This document shows, piece after piece, positions 1 to 9,196 of a stretch of DNA of 64,000 nt. The DNA lies in NCBI GenBank assembly GCA_963792585.1, contig CAWBWI010000003.1:704001-768000 (forward strand). Reading direction: 5' to 3'. Position 1 is the stretch's first letter. Every line of letters starts with the position of its first letter. The notes under the pieces are model-generated. The model was not told the origin of the DNA and did no database searches. It was given only the letters and a program-made list of their open reading frames with translations. The DNA comes from Candidatus Eiseniibacteriota bacterium (GTDB lineage Bacteria > Eisenbacteria > RBG-16-71-46 > CAIMUX01 > VGJL01). A program made the position numbers and the translations under genes.

Positions 1-225
1 CCAGCGAGCTCATCTCCTGCCTCTGCCTCGATGCTACTGGGTCCATCCCGCCCCTCTTCATATTTCATGGTTCGCGTCGGAGGCGTTCACGACAGCCCTG
101 CACCATATCGGATCGGGTAGGTTCCTAATGCGACGAGCGGTGGAAATGGGATCCACCCTCCCCATAGACGACGGTCAGGATTCTCTTTCGGGAGCGTTGA
201 CCCACATACCCCCATGGAGGAAGTC

Positions 226-1032
226 ATGGCAACCGAACTTGAACAAGTACTGAAGAAGGCCAAGTACACGGCCCTGCCGCTGCCCCGCGCAAAGGCGGGC
301 CCGACGACGATCTACGCCTTTCACGACGGACAGCTCTACATCGTGAGAAACGCTCAGACCTGCCTACCTCTACCCGTTACACCGGATCCGTCGGTGGATG
401 TTGTGCAGTTCAGCCGGGAATACAAGTTCACACTTGGTGGAGTTGTGGGGTTCCTGGCTAAGCTCTTTGGCACGGGAAATGCCAAGGGCGAGCTTGAAGT
501 CCACGCAATCAAGTCGGCAGCAATTCAGCTGGGCGGACTCTCCCATGAGACGATCGAGACCGGGGCCCTGCTGGACTATCTGCTCGCACAGAAACCATCA
601 CCGTGTCTGCGGGATCTGCTCCGCCCCGAGAACTTGACGATCGTCGCCGCGCTGCAAGCCAAGACCTTCACGTTCACCTTCAAGACGGCGAAGGGGACGA
701 CCGTGAAGTTCTCCGCTGAGGAGGCGAAAGGCCTGTTCCGAGGCGATGCGAGCGTCGCCATCGAAGTTTCGGAGTCGGGCCAAATCGTTGTGAACGCCCC
801 CTGCTATGTCGGGGTCATCAGCTGGGATGGGAAGACGATGAAGAGGGAACTCGAGAGGGCCCGACGGGCGGTCACGCACCAGGCGGTCCTACCCTACCGT
901 CCCAGCAGCCTTGTCGGACCCGCACTAACCTCGGACGAGATTCACGTGCGGAGATTGAAGGGGCTCGAACCTCTGCCTCTCCGAAGACCGCGCGCCTCAG
1001 AGGCGGGGCGGAAAACCAGAGGCAAGAAGTGA
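226..1032 (+). CDS. Bacterial gasdermin-like pore-forming protein (268 aa)
   Basis: GGAGG at 216-220 precedes ATG 226. The N-terminus LKKAKYTALPLPRAKAGPTTIY fits the recalled bGSDM pattern (LKxxGYxxxxxPRxxIxP). Alternating beta-hairpin segments (VVQFSREYKFTL, KTFTFTFKT, DASVAIEVSE), terminal strand CYVGV, size ~270 aa, adjacent protease gene. Confidence 0.8.
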   Translation: MATELEQVLKKAKYTALPLPRAKAGPTTIYAFHDGQLYIVRNAQTCLPLPVTPDPSVDVVQFSREYKFTLGGVVGFLAKLFGTGNAKGELEVHAIKSAAIQLGGLSHETIETGALLDYLLAQKPSPCLRDLLRPENLTIVAALQAKTFTFTFKTAKGTTVKFSAEEAKGLFRGDASVAIEVSESGQIVVNAPCYVGVISWDGKTMKRELERARRAVTHQAVLPYRPSSLVGPALTSDEIHVRRLKGLEPLPLRRPRASEAGRKTRGKK

Positions 1033-1049
1033 CGCCAGAAGGGGGAAAC

Positions 1050-2741
1050 ATGGACCAGAGGAGACCATCGTTGCGCTCGCCTACGCGGAAACTCACCGTT
1101 CTCGCGCAGGACCCGGCGGTGGTCGTTGATGGCAGTGTCCCTGTCGCCGACATTGAGATTCCGGAGGAGCCGCTCTCGCCCGGCCCGCGCGGGTACCGCG
1201 TCTACGTCATCGATTACGACGCGAGCCACGACACCCTCTACGCGCCGGCGCGGATTCCGGTCCTCGGGCGTCCCATCGACGAACTTCTCAGGGACCCGGC
1301 GTTCCACGCCCAGCACGTCTACGGAGTGGTTACGCGCACGCTCGCCTGCTTCGAAGAAGCGTTGGGCCGGAAGGTAGCCTGGAGCTTCGACGGGCATCAG
1401 CTCATGGTTGCCCCGCACGCCTTTGAAGACCCGAATGCCTTCTACTCGAAGCGAGATCGCGCCCTGTACTTCGGCTACTTTACGGGACCAAAGAAGGAGC
1501 GGGTCTTCACGTGCCTCAGCTACGATGTCGTGGCGCACGAGACGACGCACGCAATCCTCGATGGATTGCGAGGACGCTACACCTTTCCATCATCTCCCGA
1601 CCAAGCGGCCTTCCATGAGGGATTCGCGGATGCCGTGGCCCTTCTCTCGGTATTCTCGCTTCCGGATGTTGTTGAGCGCTTCCTGATCGCCAAGGGACGG
1701 AATACGTCGTGGGTACACCTAGAGGCGCTCTCTGTGGAGCGGTTGAAGGAGAGCGCACTATTTGGGCTCGGGGAGTCCCTGGATCCGGGAGGCAGGGCAC
1801 TTCGGCGATCGGTGAAGATACCGGAGGATCCAAAGCTCAAGGACCAATCGGAATTCCTGGAGCCGCATCGCCGGGGCGAACTGTTCGTCGCGTCGCTCCT
1901 GGGGACCTTCCTGCGCATCTGGCGGCGACGGATCGAAGGTCTGAGCGCGGATCCAAACCCCCGTCTCTACGTGACGAAGGTCGCAGAAGAAGGTCAGGCG
2001 GCGGCTGAGCATCTCTTGAGAATGGTGATCCGGGCCGTCGACTACGCCCCCGCGACGGATCTCCTTTTCGGCGATTTTCTAAGTGCGCTGCTCACTTCGG
2101 ATCGCGAGATCCAACCCGATGATTCCCGTTACCATTACCGCGATGCACTGCGGGAGGGTTTCGCCGCGTACGGCTTCCTGCCGGCCTCGAAAGCCGGCGA
2201 CCCCAGTGACGGCCGCGGGTACTGGGAAGCGCCCAACGTCGATCTCGACTACGCCCACCTGCACTTCGAGGCGCTTCGGCAAGACCGGGACGAGGTGTTT
2301 CGGTTCCTGTGGCAGAACCGGACGGGACTGGGGCTTTCCGAGGAGGGCTACACGCGTGTGCATTCCTTACAACCATGTGCGCGACGCGCTTCCGACGGTG
2401 CGCCCTTGCGGGAAACGGTGGCCGAGTACCATCAGATTCTCGATCTGACAGCCGGCGAACTGGTCCGTTTCGGTCTGCAGGCTCCCAAGGGGATGCCAGA
2501 GCGTCAGTCCATCACCCTTTACGGGGGCGGGGCCCTGATCTTCAACGAGTTCGGCGCCCTTAAGTACCACGTCCGGAATCGGGTGCTCGGGGCTTCCCGG
2601 CAGAACAAACGTCTCCGGTATCTGTGGGAATCCGGGTACTTCCAAGCAGAGGCGAGTGACCAGCGGTTCGCCGACATGCATCGTCGCCGCTTCGGCGTCG
2701 GGCTGCTCGGCGGGGGGGTGTCTCATGCCGCCTTCTTCTAA
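1050..2741 (+). CDS. Cytoplasmic M4/M36-like (gluzincin) zinc metalloprotease
   Basis: PNAFY; HETTH at 1536-1550; third-ligand motif FHEGFAD (E at 1617-1619); EPHRRGE; no signal peptide. Start is ATG 1050 (GAAGGGGG upstream) or GTG 1029 overlapping the gasdermin stop. Confidence 0.85.
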   Translation: MDQRRPSLRSPTRKLTVLAQDPAVVVDGSVPVADIEIPEEPLSPGPRGYRVYVIDYDASHDTLYAPARIPVLGRPIDELLRDPAFHAQHVYGVVTRTLACFEEALGRKVAWSFDGHQLMVAPHAFEDPNAFYSKRDRALYFGYFTGPKKERVFTCLSYDVVAHETTHAILDGLRGRYTFPSSPDQAAFHEGFADAVALLSVFSLPDVVERFLIAKGRNTSWVHLEALSVERLKESALFGLGESLDPGGRALRRSVKIPEDPKLKDQSEFLEPHRRGELFVASLLGTFLRIWRRRIEGLSADPNPRLYVTKVAEEGQAAAEHLLRMVIRAVDYAPATDLLFGDFLSALLTSDREIQPDDSRYHYRDALREGFAAYGFLPASKAGDPSDGRGYWEAPNVDLDYAHLHFEALRQDRDEVFRFLWQNRTGLGLSEEGYTRVHSLQPCARRASDGAPLRETVAEYHQILDLTAGELVRFGLQAPKGMPERQSITLYGGGALIFNEFGALKYHVRNRVLGASRQNKRLRYLWESGYFQAEASDQRFADMHRRRFGVGLLGGGVSHAAFF

Positions 2742-4008
2742 ACCCAACACTGTATCGGTTCGTACGTACCAGGTCGGCTTCGGGGACTGCTTTCTTCTGG
2801 GGTTCCAGTACACCAGAGCGACCCGCTACGTACTCATCGACTTCGGCACGACCGGAACTCCGGATGGGCGGGACAAAGCGCGTTTGACAGCGATCGCGAA
2901 GGACATCCGACAGCGCACGGGGAGCAAGCTACATGCGGTCGTCGCGACACACCGCCATCGCGACCACATCGCAGGCTTCGACCCCTCGGGCAAGGACGCT
3001 CCAGGGGGCATCATCGCCTCGTGTCAACCTGATGTCGTGCTGCAGCCGTGGACGGAGGACCCCGAGGCACCGAAGAACGCCACCGGACCGACGCGGTTGC
3101 GAGTAGCGTGCTTCCGACAGGTCACCCAGTCCATGCAGGCCTTCTCGGAAGCGGTTGTCGCGGAATCGGGGCACCTGGCCGTGTCGGCAGGTCTGGCCGC
3201 GGAACTCGGCTTCCTCGGGCAAGAGAATCTCCCCAATGTCAAGGCGGTCAAGCAGCTTCAGGCAATGAGCACTAAGCCCGTCTACGCCTATGCAGGTTCG
3301 TCCTCGGGGCTAACGGGGGTCCTGCCGGGGGTGAAAGTCCACGTGCTCGGGCCTCCGACTTTGGCGCAAACCGATGCCGTCAAGAAGCAGCGAACGAAGG
3401 ACGCGGATGAGTTCTGGCAACTCCAAGCTGCGGCCTGGGGGCTTCAAGCAGCCGCCAGTGGTGCAGGGAGGAGTACGGAGTCGCTGTTTGACGCGGAACA
3501 CGTCTCTGCCCGTCGTCCGCCCGAAACTCGCTGGTTCCTCCGCCATGCCTCGCGGACGCGCGGGGAGGAACTCCTGGGGCTTGTGCGCACTCTGGACAAA
3601 GTCCTCAACAACACGAGCCTGATCCTCCTCTTCGAAGTCGGTGCCCTCCGACTCCTCTTCCCGGGCGATGCGCAGATCGAGAACTGGTCCTACGCCTTAG
3701 GCCAGGCGAAGGTCCGCCAGCTACTGAAGTCTGTGAACCTTTACAAGGTAGGCCATCATGGAAGCCGGAATGCGACGCCGAAGAGTCTCTGGGCACTATT
3801 CGACGCACGGTCGGCGACCGATTCGGCAGAGAGGCTCCGTACGCTCCTCTCAACGATGGCCGAAAAGCACGGATCCGTGGAGAGCCACACCGAGGTGCCA
3901 CGAGAGACCCTCGTGAAGGCTCTTCGGCAATCGAGTGAGTTCTTCTCCACGCAGTCACTACGAGGCAAGGGTCTGTGCCAAAGCCATGAGACCATACTTC
4001 CGGTCTAG
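2725..4008 (+). CDS. ComEC/Rec2-type metallo-beta-lactamase-fold hydrolase (putative nuclease)
   Basis: VGFGDCFLL, LIDFG, THRHRDH (HxHxDH, 2950-2967), NNTS, FPGDAQ, KVGHHGS. ATG 2725 overlaps the protease 3' end by 17 nt. Confidence 0.88.
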   Translation: MPPSSKPNTVSVRTYQVGFGDCFLLGFQYTRATRYVLIDFGTTGTPDGRDKARLTAIAKDIRQRTGSKLHAVVATHRHRDHIAGFDPSGKDAPGGIIASCQPDVVLQPWTEDPEAPKNATGPTRLRVACFRQVTQSMQAFSEAVVAESGHLAVSAGLAAELGFLGQENLPNVKAVKQLQAMSTKPVYAYAGSSSGLTGVLPGVKVHVLGPPTLAQTDAVKKQRTKDADEFWQLQAAAWGLQAAASGAGRSTESLFDAEHVSARRPPETRWFLRHASRTRGEELLGLVRTLDKVLNNTSLILLFEVGALRLLFPGDAQIENWSYALGQAKVRQLLKSVNLYKVGHHGSRNATPKSLWALFDARSATDSAERLRTLLSTMAEKHGSVESHTEVPRETLVKALRQSSEFFSTQSLRGKGLCQSHETILPV

Positions 4009-4116
4009 GGTCGGACCGAGGTGGGAAAAGGGCTGGCTAGAACGGCGATTCGTGCCGCGGCGTTTGGAAGAGGGCGACTGCTCGAATCGGCGATGAACTG
4101 ATCGGGAGGGAAATCT

Positions 4117-4527
4117 ATGCCGCTATCCCGCGAAGACTGCCTATCGATTCTGCGTCACCTCCAGCTCACGCTGCGTGATGCTGATCCCGCTGCGTTCGAG
4201 GTCATAGCGGCCAGTCTCGAGCCGATGGAGGACCCACGTCGACTCCTGCTTGCGTATCTGGGGAGGACGCGTCAGGTGCTCGCGGAACGATCCGGAGGCA
4301 ATGAAGGCAGAATCCTGAACCTCGTGAATCACTATGTGCGGACGGAAGAGGGCGGTCCAATCACAGGCGTCCGCCTGGCGTTGACGGGGTTGGAACGAGA
4401 GCAATACGGCCGGGAGTTCGTGGACCTTGCGTCTCTGCCGGATCACCGAGAGTTCGTCGCGGGCCTGGAACGCCTCCAGGCTGACATCCAACGTGAGAGT
4501 CGGGGATCTGGGGAGATGGAACGATGA
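4117..4527 (+). CDS. Hypothetical mostly helical protein (136 aa)
   Basis: GGGAGGG RBS; ATGA overlap with the next gene; no recognisable motif. Confidence 0.7.
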   Translation: MPLSREDCLSILRHLQLTLRDADPAAFEVIAASLEPMEDPRRLLLAYLGRTRQVLAERSGGNEGRILNLVNHYVRTEEGGPITGVRLALTGLEREQYGREFVDLASLPDHREFVAGLERLQADIQRESRGSGEMER

Positions 4528-5201
4528 CTGCGGCAGAGGTCCGACGCAGGATCACGGACTTGTTCCAAACGTACCTTTCGACATCAAGATCCGTTGCGAG
4601 TTCCTTACTGCCGGCGTCGGTGACCGCCGGCAAGCTTTACGAAGCCTACGTTCTAGCCCTAGTCTCCCGGGAACTCGTCGCAAACGAGGGTGTCACTCTT
4701 AGACTTGTTCGCAGCAATGCGCTGACGCTCAAATCTGCTCCAGGCCCGATCAATCGTCAGTTTCCCTGCATTGAGATTCTCCGAGCGGGGTCGTGTATCG
4801 CAGAAATGTGGACCGATGTGGAGTTCGTTTCCTTGAGCTACAGCATAACGGCGGGCGGTTCGAGGCCAGCGGAGCGAGGAGAGTTTCATGAACTTGACAT
4901 CGCGGTTGTCGACCCCGGTCTGACCGGCCGACCTGCTCATAGCAGTGTTTGGCTGGCGGTGGAGTGCAAGAACACCGGGTACCACAAGGCGCTCCTGAAG
5001 GAGATTCTTGGTGTCCGTCGGGAGCTTAGCCTCCTGCAAGATCCTCAGGCGACGCACTTTCTCCGTTGGCCGCGGTCTACCGTGCCAGCCAACCCACCCT
5101 CGTGTCTCGTCGTGTACGCGAGCGACCCCAGGGTCATTGAGTATGCACGGCCGGGCGAGGTCTTCGGGATCGACTTCTACCATGAAGAATTGGCCCTGTG
5201 A
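4524..5201 (+). CDS. PD-(D/E)xK restriction-endonuclease-fold protein
   Basis: GKLYEAY helix, HELDIAVV (D at 4896-4898), LAVECKN (E-x-K from 4962). Confidence 0.7.
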   Translation: MTAAEVRRRITDLFQTYLSTSRSVASSLLPASVTAGKLYEAYVLALVSRELVANEGVTLRLVRSNALTLKSAPGPINRQFPCIEILRAGSCIAEMWTDVEFVSLSYSITAGGSRPAERGEFHELDIAVVDPGLTGRPAHSSVWLAVECKNTGYHKALLKEILGVRRELSLLQDPQATHFLRWPRSTVPANPPSCLVVYASDPRVIEYARPGEVFGIDFYHEELAL

Positions 5202-5282
5202 CGGCGGGTCCATGAGGTGGGTTGGCTTGAATGGTATCGGGTGTGGGTCCTCGTGGTCACCACCGGTCTTTGCCCCATGAGA

Positions 5283-5309
5283 ACCGGCCCGAGGCGGACC
5301 CGGGCCGGT
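5283..5309. terminator. GC-rich hairpin between convergent genes
   Basis: ACCGGCCCG-N9-CGGGCCGGT inverted repeat; no long U-tract. Confidence 0.4.
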
Positions 5310-5360
5310 CTCGCACAGGATGCTCGCGAACGCTGGATCCGCGAACGAGCCCGTTCGGGC

Positions 5361-5816
5361 TCAGTGGTAGAGGCAGAGAATGACGTTGTTCGTCTCGTCG
5401 TACCACCCATCCTGGCAGATGGACATGCTGGAAACGCCCAGGTCCCAATACCCCGGAATCCGGCCGCGACCCGGAATCCAGTAGTACGTGTGGTGGGTGT
5501 CGGGATTCATGTTGACCGGGGTGATGGTGACCCGCGCCTGATCCCCACTGGTGAGATCGTCGAACGTGAACTCGACGTATCCGGCGCTGTCCGTCGACCC
5601 GCTCGCCGAATCCACATTTCCGACGCCCGGACGGTAGATGACAACATCGACGGCAGCCCCTGAGAGCCAGTTCGTACTGGAGCAAGGGCGAACCTTGAGC
5701 TTGAGAAGCCCGGTTTCGCCCGCGGAGCAGGTCGAGAAAGTCGCGGTATTGAGGAGGAGAAGGGTGAGGAGGCCCGTCATGAGGAAACTGGCGAATCGGA
5801 ACGATCGTGACTGCAT
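5361..5816 (-). CDS. Small secreted beta-sandwich protein (carboxypeptidase-regulatory/prealbumin-like), 151 aa
   Basis: GGGAGGG RBS before ATG 5816; signal peptide MQSRSFRFASFLMTGLLTLLLL; LSGAAVDV...GSTDSAGYVEF pattern. Confidence 0.65.
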   Translation of the reverse strand: MQSRSFRFASFLMTGLLTLLLLNTATFSTCSAGETGLLKLKVRPCSSTNWLSGAAVDVVIYRPGVGNVDSASGSTDSAGYVEFTFDDLTSGDQARVTITPVNMNPDTHHTYYWIPGRGRIPGYWDLGVSSMSICQDGWYDETNNVILCLYH

Positions 5817-6010
5817 GAAACCCTCCCAGGTTGGCCTGTCGCGCGGCGGTGCTGCGCGACGGCATGCGCTCAGTGAGCCGCTCCGGCCGGGCCGTTCGCT
5901 TCGTTCACAGAAACGGCGGAGGGCTCGGTTCTCGTATGTATCTGCCACCGCGCACCCGAAGGCCGGCGACGGCCGCGCTTCAGGGGCTCGGACTCGTATT
6001 CTCGCGATGA

Positions 6011-9000
6011 TCACGTGGCATCCATGAGAATCCGCGCCTGGAGCGCGAGACCATCCGTGAGCAGACCCGTGCTGCCGATCCCGCGCGCGAGCGCGATCGC
6101 CTGGGTGAGCGACTCAGACGCGCGCTCTCGCTCCCCGACACGCCAGGCTCCTCTCGATAGCCCAAGTAGGGCGCGGCCGCGGTAATAGCCGTGGCCCGGC
6201 GTGACGAGGACTGCCAGTTCCTCGGTGAAGGACTGAACCGCGAGACGGCCCAGATCATCTGCAGTTCGGTCGGTGTCGGCCTGAAGCGCGGCGAGGCCTA
6301 CGTGATGAAGGTACCGGGCGGCTGCGAGGCGCTCCGCTAGTCTGCGGCCAACTTCGACCTGCCTGAGGAGGGAGTCGAGGCCCTCACGGTGCCGTCCCTC
6401 CGCCTGCGCCAGGAGGGCGGACGCGCGAGCCTCCGTCGTGAGAGAGTCGGGATCTGGACCGTGGACGCGTCCGCGGTATTCGTCGGCATGCTCCCGGGCG
6501 AAATCCCAGGCCTCGAGGTCGATGAGGATATCCATTCCGAATCTCAGGCATTGAGCTTGGAGCGAGTGCGGGGCCGAGCTCATGGCGTCCATCCAGGCCG
6601 CGTAGCACTCGCGGATCGCGGCGGACCCGGCGCCGCGGTTCAGGTGGCAGTACGCGAGGAGCAGCCGAAGTGGAATCGCCCGCATGGGCGCAAGCCGCAC
6701 GATGGACAGAGAGAGCAGGGCCTGCGCCTCCTGGAAGGCTGGCTCGATCCGGTCGAGGTCTGCCCAGGCGCAGGCGCGTCGAATCCGCAGGCCGACCCGC
6801 CTCGCCTGCGACATCCGGTGCCCAATCGTGCGAAGGAAGGAGTCGGTGCATTCTTCCGCGAGGCGGAAGGGGCCACCGTTCCCGTAGACGAGCGCGAGGT
6901 TGTGCCGCAGCTGAGCCCCGAGTTCCACGTCCCGGGCAGAATCCGCTGCGGTCCGGAGGAACTGGATTGCTTGGTCCGGAGACGACCCGAACTGGAGGAT
7001 CGCCAACAATTGAAGACTGAGCGCCTCGTAGTAACTCCCTGAACCCCGCAGACCCTCCACGGCTCGCTCGGCGTGCACCACGGCCCCCGCTGTGTCCCCG
7101 GCCGCCATGAGGTGCCGCGCTTCGAAGAAGTCGAGGATCCCGGTGGGAATCTCGGCGCCGGCGGTGAGCTCCCGGTGGTAACCGCGATACTCCCCTGACG
7201 CAGGCTGATCGGCGACTCGATCGATGAGGAGGAGGAGCGCCTCGGCCGAGGCCTCGGGATCCCCTCCCGAGGCGACCTGCTCGAGGAGCACGACCGCCCG
7301 CGGCGGATCCAGCGCGAGCAGACCGGCGCCGAGGATGAGCCGTGCGCGATCTCCACTCGTTGCGGCGTTGAGCCGATCAGCTAGCTCGTCCGCCGCATCA
7401 GCGATCGTGTCCGGATCGCCGCTTCGGCCCGTCGCATGCCCGACGAGCTCGAGGATGTCGCGCCACCCCCGCCGGTCGAAGGCGGCCATGAGGCCGGCAG
7501 CGAGAACCTGTGCTTCCCGTGACGGGTCTCCCACGCTTCGGGCCACCTCGCAGGCCTGCTTGACCAATTCGACGTCGTCCAGGTCCGGGGCGGCCCGCTC
7601 GTTCAACCACCGGTCGATCGAGGGCGCGAGAGGGTCGTCCACGATCGACAGCTCTCGCCGCAAGCGTCTCGTGACGAAACGGAGTCGGTCGGGGGCGACC
7701 CGCAAGAGGTAGCCCTGGTCGATGAGCGCGGGCAATCCAGATTCGCCGCCGAAGCGCGCGAGCAACTCCTCAGCCAGCTCTGCCGGGAATGCGTACCCCG
7801 CCCGCGCGCACCGCTGAAGCGGAATCAGAAGTTCTCCGGGAACCGCGGGAGTCGGATGGAGCGTTGTGGCGAGGACCGCGCGCATGGCGCGTGCCCCTGC
7901 GCCACTCTGTCTGAGCCTCCAGGCTGAACCCTCCTCCGAACCCATGGAGCGCACGTACGCATCGAAGCCTCGTGCTGCGTCCCCAAGGTCACCCTCCGTG
8001 TCGTCGAGTAGCGGGCGCACGAGCGCCTCGCCTCCGGCGTCCAAGGACCCGAGTGCAGTGACCACGAGTTCGCGATAGCTCTCCTCCGAGAGCGGCGAAA
8101 GATAGACGGAGGTCGTCCGCGCTCCATTGCGAAGGCTCATCACACGCTCACGGATCGTCTGCGGGAGCCAGGAAACCGACGGGGACGGGTCGGGCACGCC
8201 ACACAGGATTGTGATGGACGAAGCATCGTGCTTCCCGAGAAACCTGGTCGCAAGCTCCAACCCCGAGCTCGGCAGGTTGCCAAGATCCACGACACGCGCG
8301 GGCGGGCCGCCGGCCGCGACGTGGGCGATCAGGGCTTCGAGGAGGAAGCGCGTCAGCCCGGTGCCTGGACGCGCCTGGATGAGGATGGTGATCGGATCGG
8401 CGGTCGCGGTGCTCTGGACGACGGTCGCGAGGTCTGAGCTCCGGCCACGCATTGGACCGGCGGGAAAGCGCGGAAACCGAGCGGTCGAGGGCGCCAGGTT
8501 GAACGCGCGGGCGATCGCATCGCGGGCCGCAACTGCACTTGGATAGCGGTCCGCGGGGATCGGCGCGATAAGCTTCTCGAGAATGGTCCGCCAAGCGGAA
8601 TCCGACTCGAGAGCGGGGAAGCACGCGCGGAGGACGCGGCCGAGAGAGAAGAGATCCGCACGGCCGTCGGCGAACCATCCGCGCTGAACCTCCGGGGCAA
8701 TGTACCGCGCCGTACCCCCGCGCTCAGCGACGGGTGAGTCGGCGAATCGGTCGAAAGCGAAGCCGAAGTCCAAGAGGTGAACAAGACCGACGGTCCCGTC
8801 AGTGGGAACAAAAATGTTGTCGGGCCTGATGTCGCTGTGGATCCATCCGATGCGGTGAACCTGCGCGAGCGCCTGGCAGATCTCGTTCGCAACCCGCGGG
8901 ACTTCGAGCGGAACAGCGTGGCGGACGCAATCCGCGAGCGTTCCCCCCTCCAGGCGCTCGAGAACGAGCGTGAGGCTCTCGCGGCCGTGCCAGATGAGGT

Positions 9001-9196
9001 CGATGAGCCGGGGCGCAACACCCGGCGGCAACCGGAGAAGACAAGTTGCTTCCTGGAGCGCTGCGCGGACGGGCGCCTGCTTCAGAACGACCGGTCGAGC
9101 GCACCACTCGTCATGGGCAAAGTCGACCGTCCGGCCTCTGAATCGCGAGAGCTGCCGTTCGCGTCTGTATCGGGGATCCCTCATCGGCCCCATCAT
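6011..9196 (-). CDS. Ser/Thr protein kinase fused to a degenerate STAND/AAA-like domain and TPR-like helical region
   Basis: VVLK, HSDIRPDN, LLDFG, YIAPE, DLFSLG; MRGRSSDL then P-loop remnant ARPGTGLTR; long Ala/Leu-rich helical C-terminus. Confidence 0.8.
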   Translation of the reverse strand: MMGPMRDPRYRRERQLSRFRGRTVDFAHDEWCARPVVLKQAPVRAALQEATCLLRLPPGVAPRLIDLIWHGRESLTLVLERLEGGTLADCVRHAVPLEVPRVANEICQALAQVHRIGWIHSDIRPDNIFVPTDGTVGLVHLLDFGFAFDRFADSPVAERGGTARYIAPEVQRGWFADGRADLFSLGRVLRACFPALESDSAWRTILEKLIAPIPADRYPSAVAARDAIARAFNLAPSTARFPRFPAGPMRGRSSDLATVVQSTATADPITILIQARPGTGLTRFLLEALIAHVAAGGPPARVVDLGNLPSSGLELATRFLGKHDASSITILCGVPDPSPSVSWLPQTIRERVMSLRNGARTTSVYLSPLSEESYRELVVTALGSLDAGGEALVRPLLDDTEGDLGDAARGFDAYVRSMGSEEGSAWRLRQSGAGARAMRAVLATTLHPTPAVPGELLIPLQRCARAGYAFPAELAEELLARFGGESGLPALIDQGYLLRVAPDRLRFVTRRLRRELSIVDDPLAPSIDRWLNERAAPDLDDVELVKQACEVARSVGDPSREAQVLAAGLMAAFDRRGWRDILELVGHATGRSGDPDTIADAADELADRLNAATSGDRARLILGAGLLALDPPRAVVLLEQVASGGDPEASAEALLLLIDRVADQPASGEYRGYHRELTAGAEIPTGILDFFEARHLMAAGDTAGAVVHAERAVEGLRGSGSYYEALSLQLLAILQFGSSPDQAIQFLRTAADSARDVELGAQLRHNLALVYGNGGPFRLAEECTDSFLRTIGHRMSQARRVGLRIRRACAWADLDRIEPAFQEAQALLSLSIVRLAPMRAIPLRLLLAYCHLNRGAGSAAIRECYAAWMDAMSSAPHSLQAQCLRFGMDILIDLEAWDFAREHADEYRGRVHGPDPDSLTTEARASALLAQAEGRHREGLDSLLRQVEVGRRLAERLAAARYLHHVGLAALQADTDRTADDLGRLAVQSFTEELAVLVTPGHGYYRGRALLGLSRGAWRVGERERASESLTQAIALARGIGSTGLLTDGLALQARILMDAT

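Noticed and set aside
1..68. Possible divergent gene starting at the left edge (minus-strand ATGs at 46, 61, 68)
   Set aside because: Too short to choose a frame or identify a product.
2656..2724. ORF-track N-terminal extensions (here, and 8970-9461, 25015-25392, 26448-26822, 61775-62941)
   Set aside because: They overlap genuine neighbouring genes; RBS positions and family motifs support the later starts.
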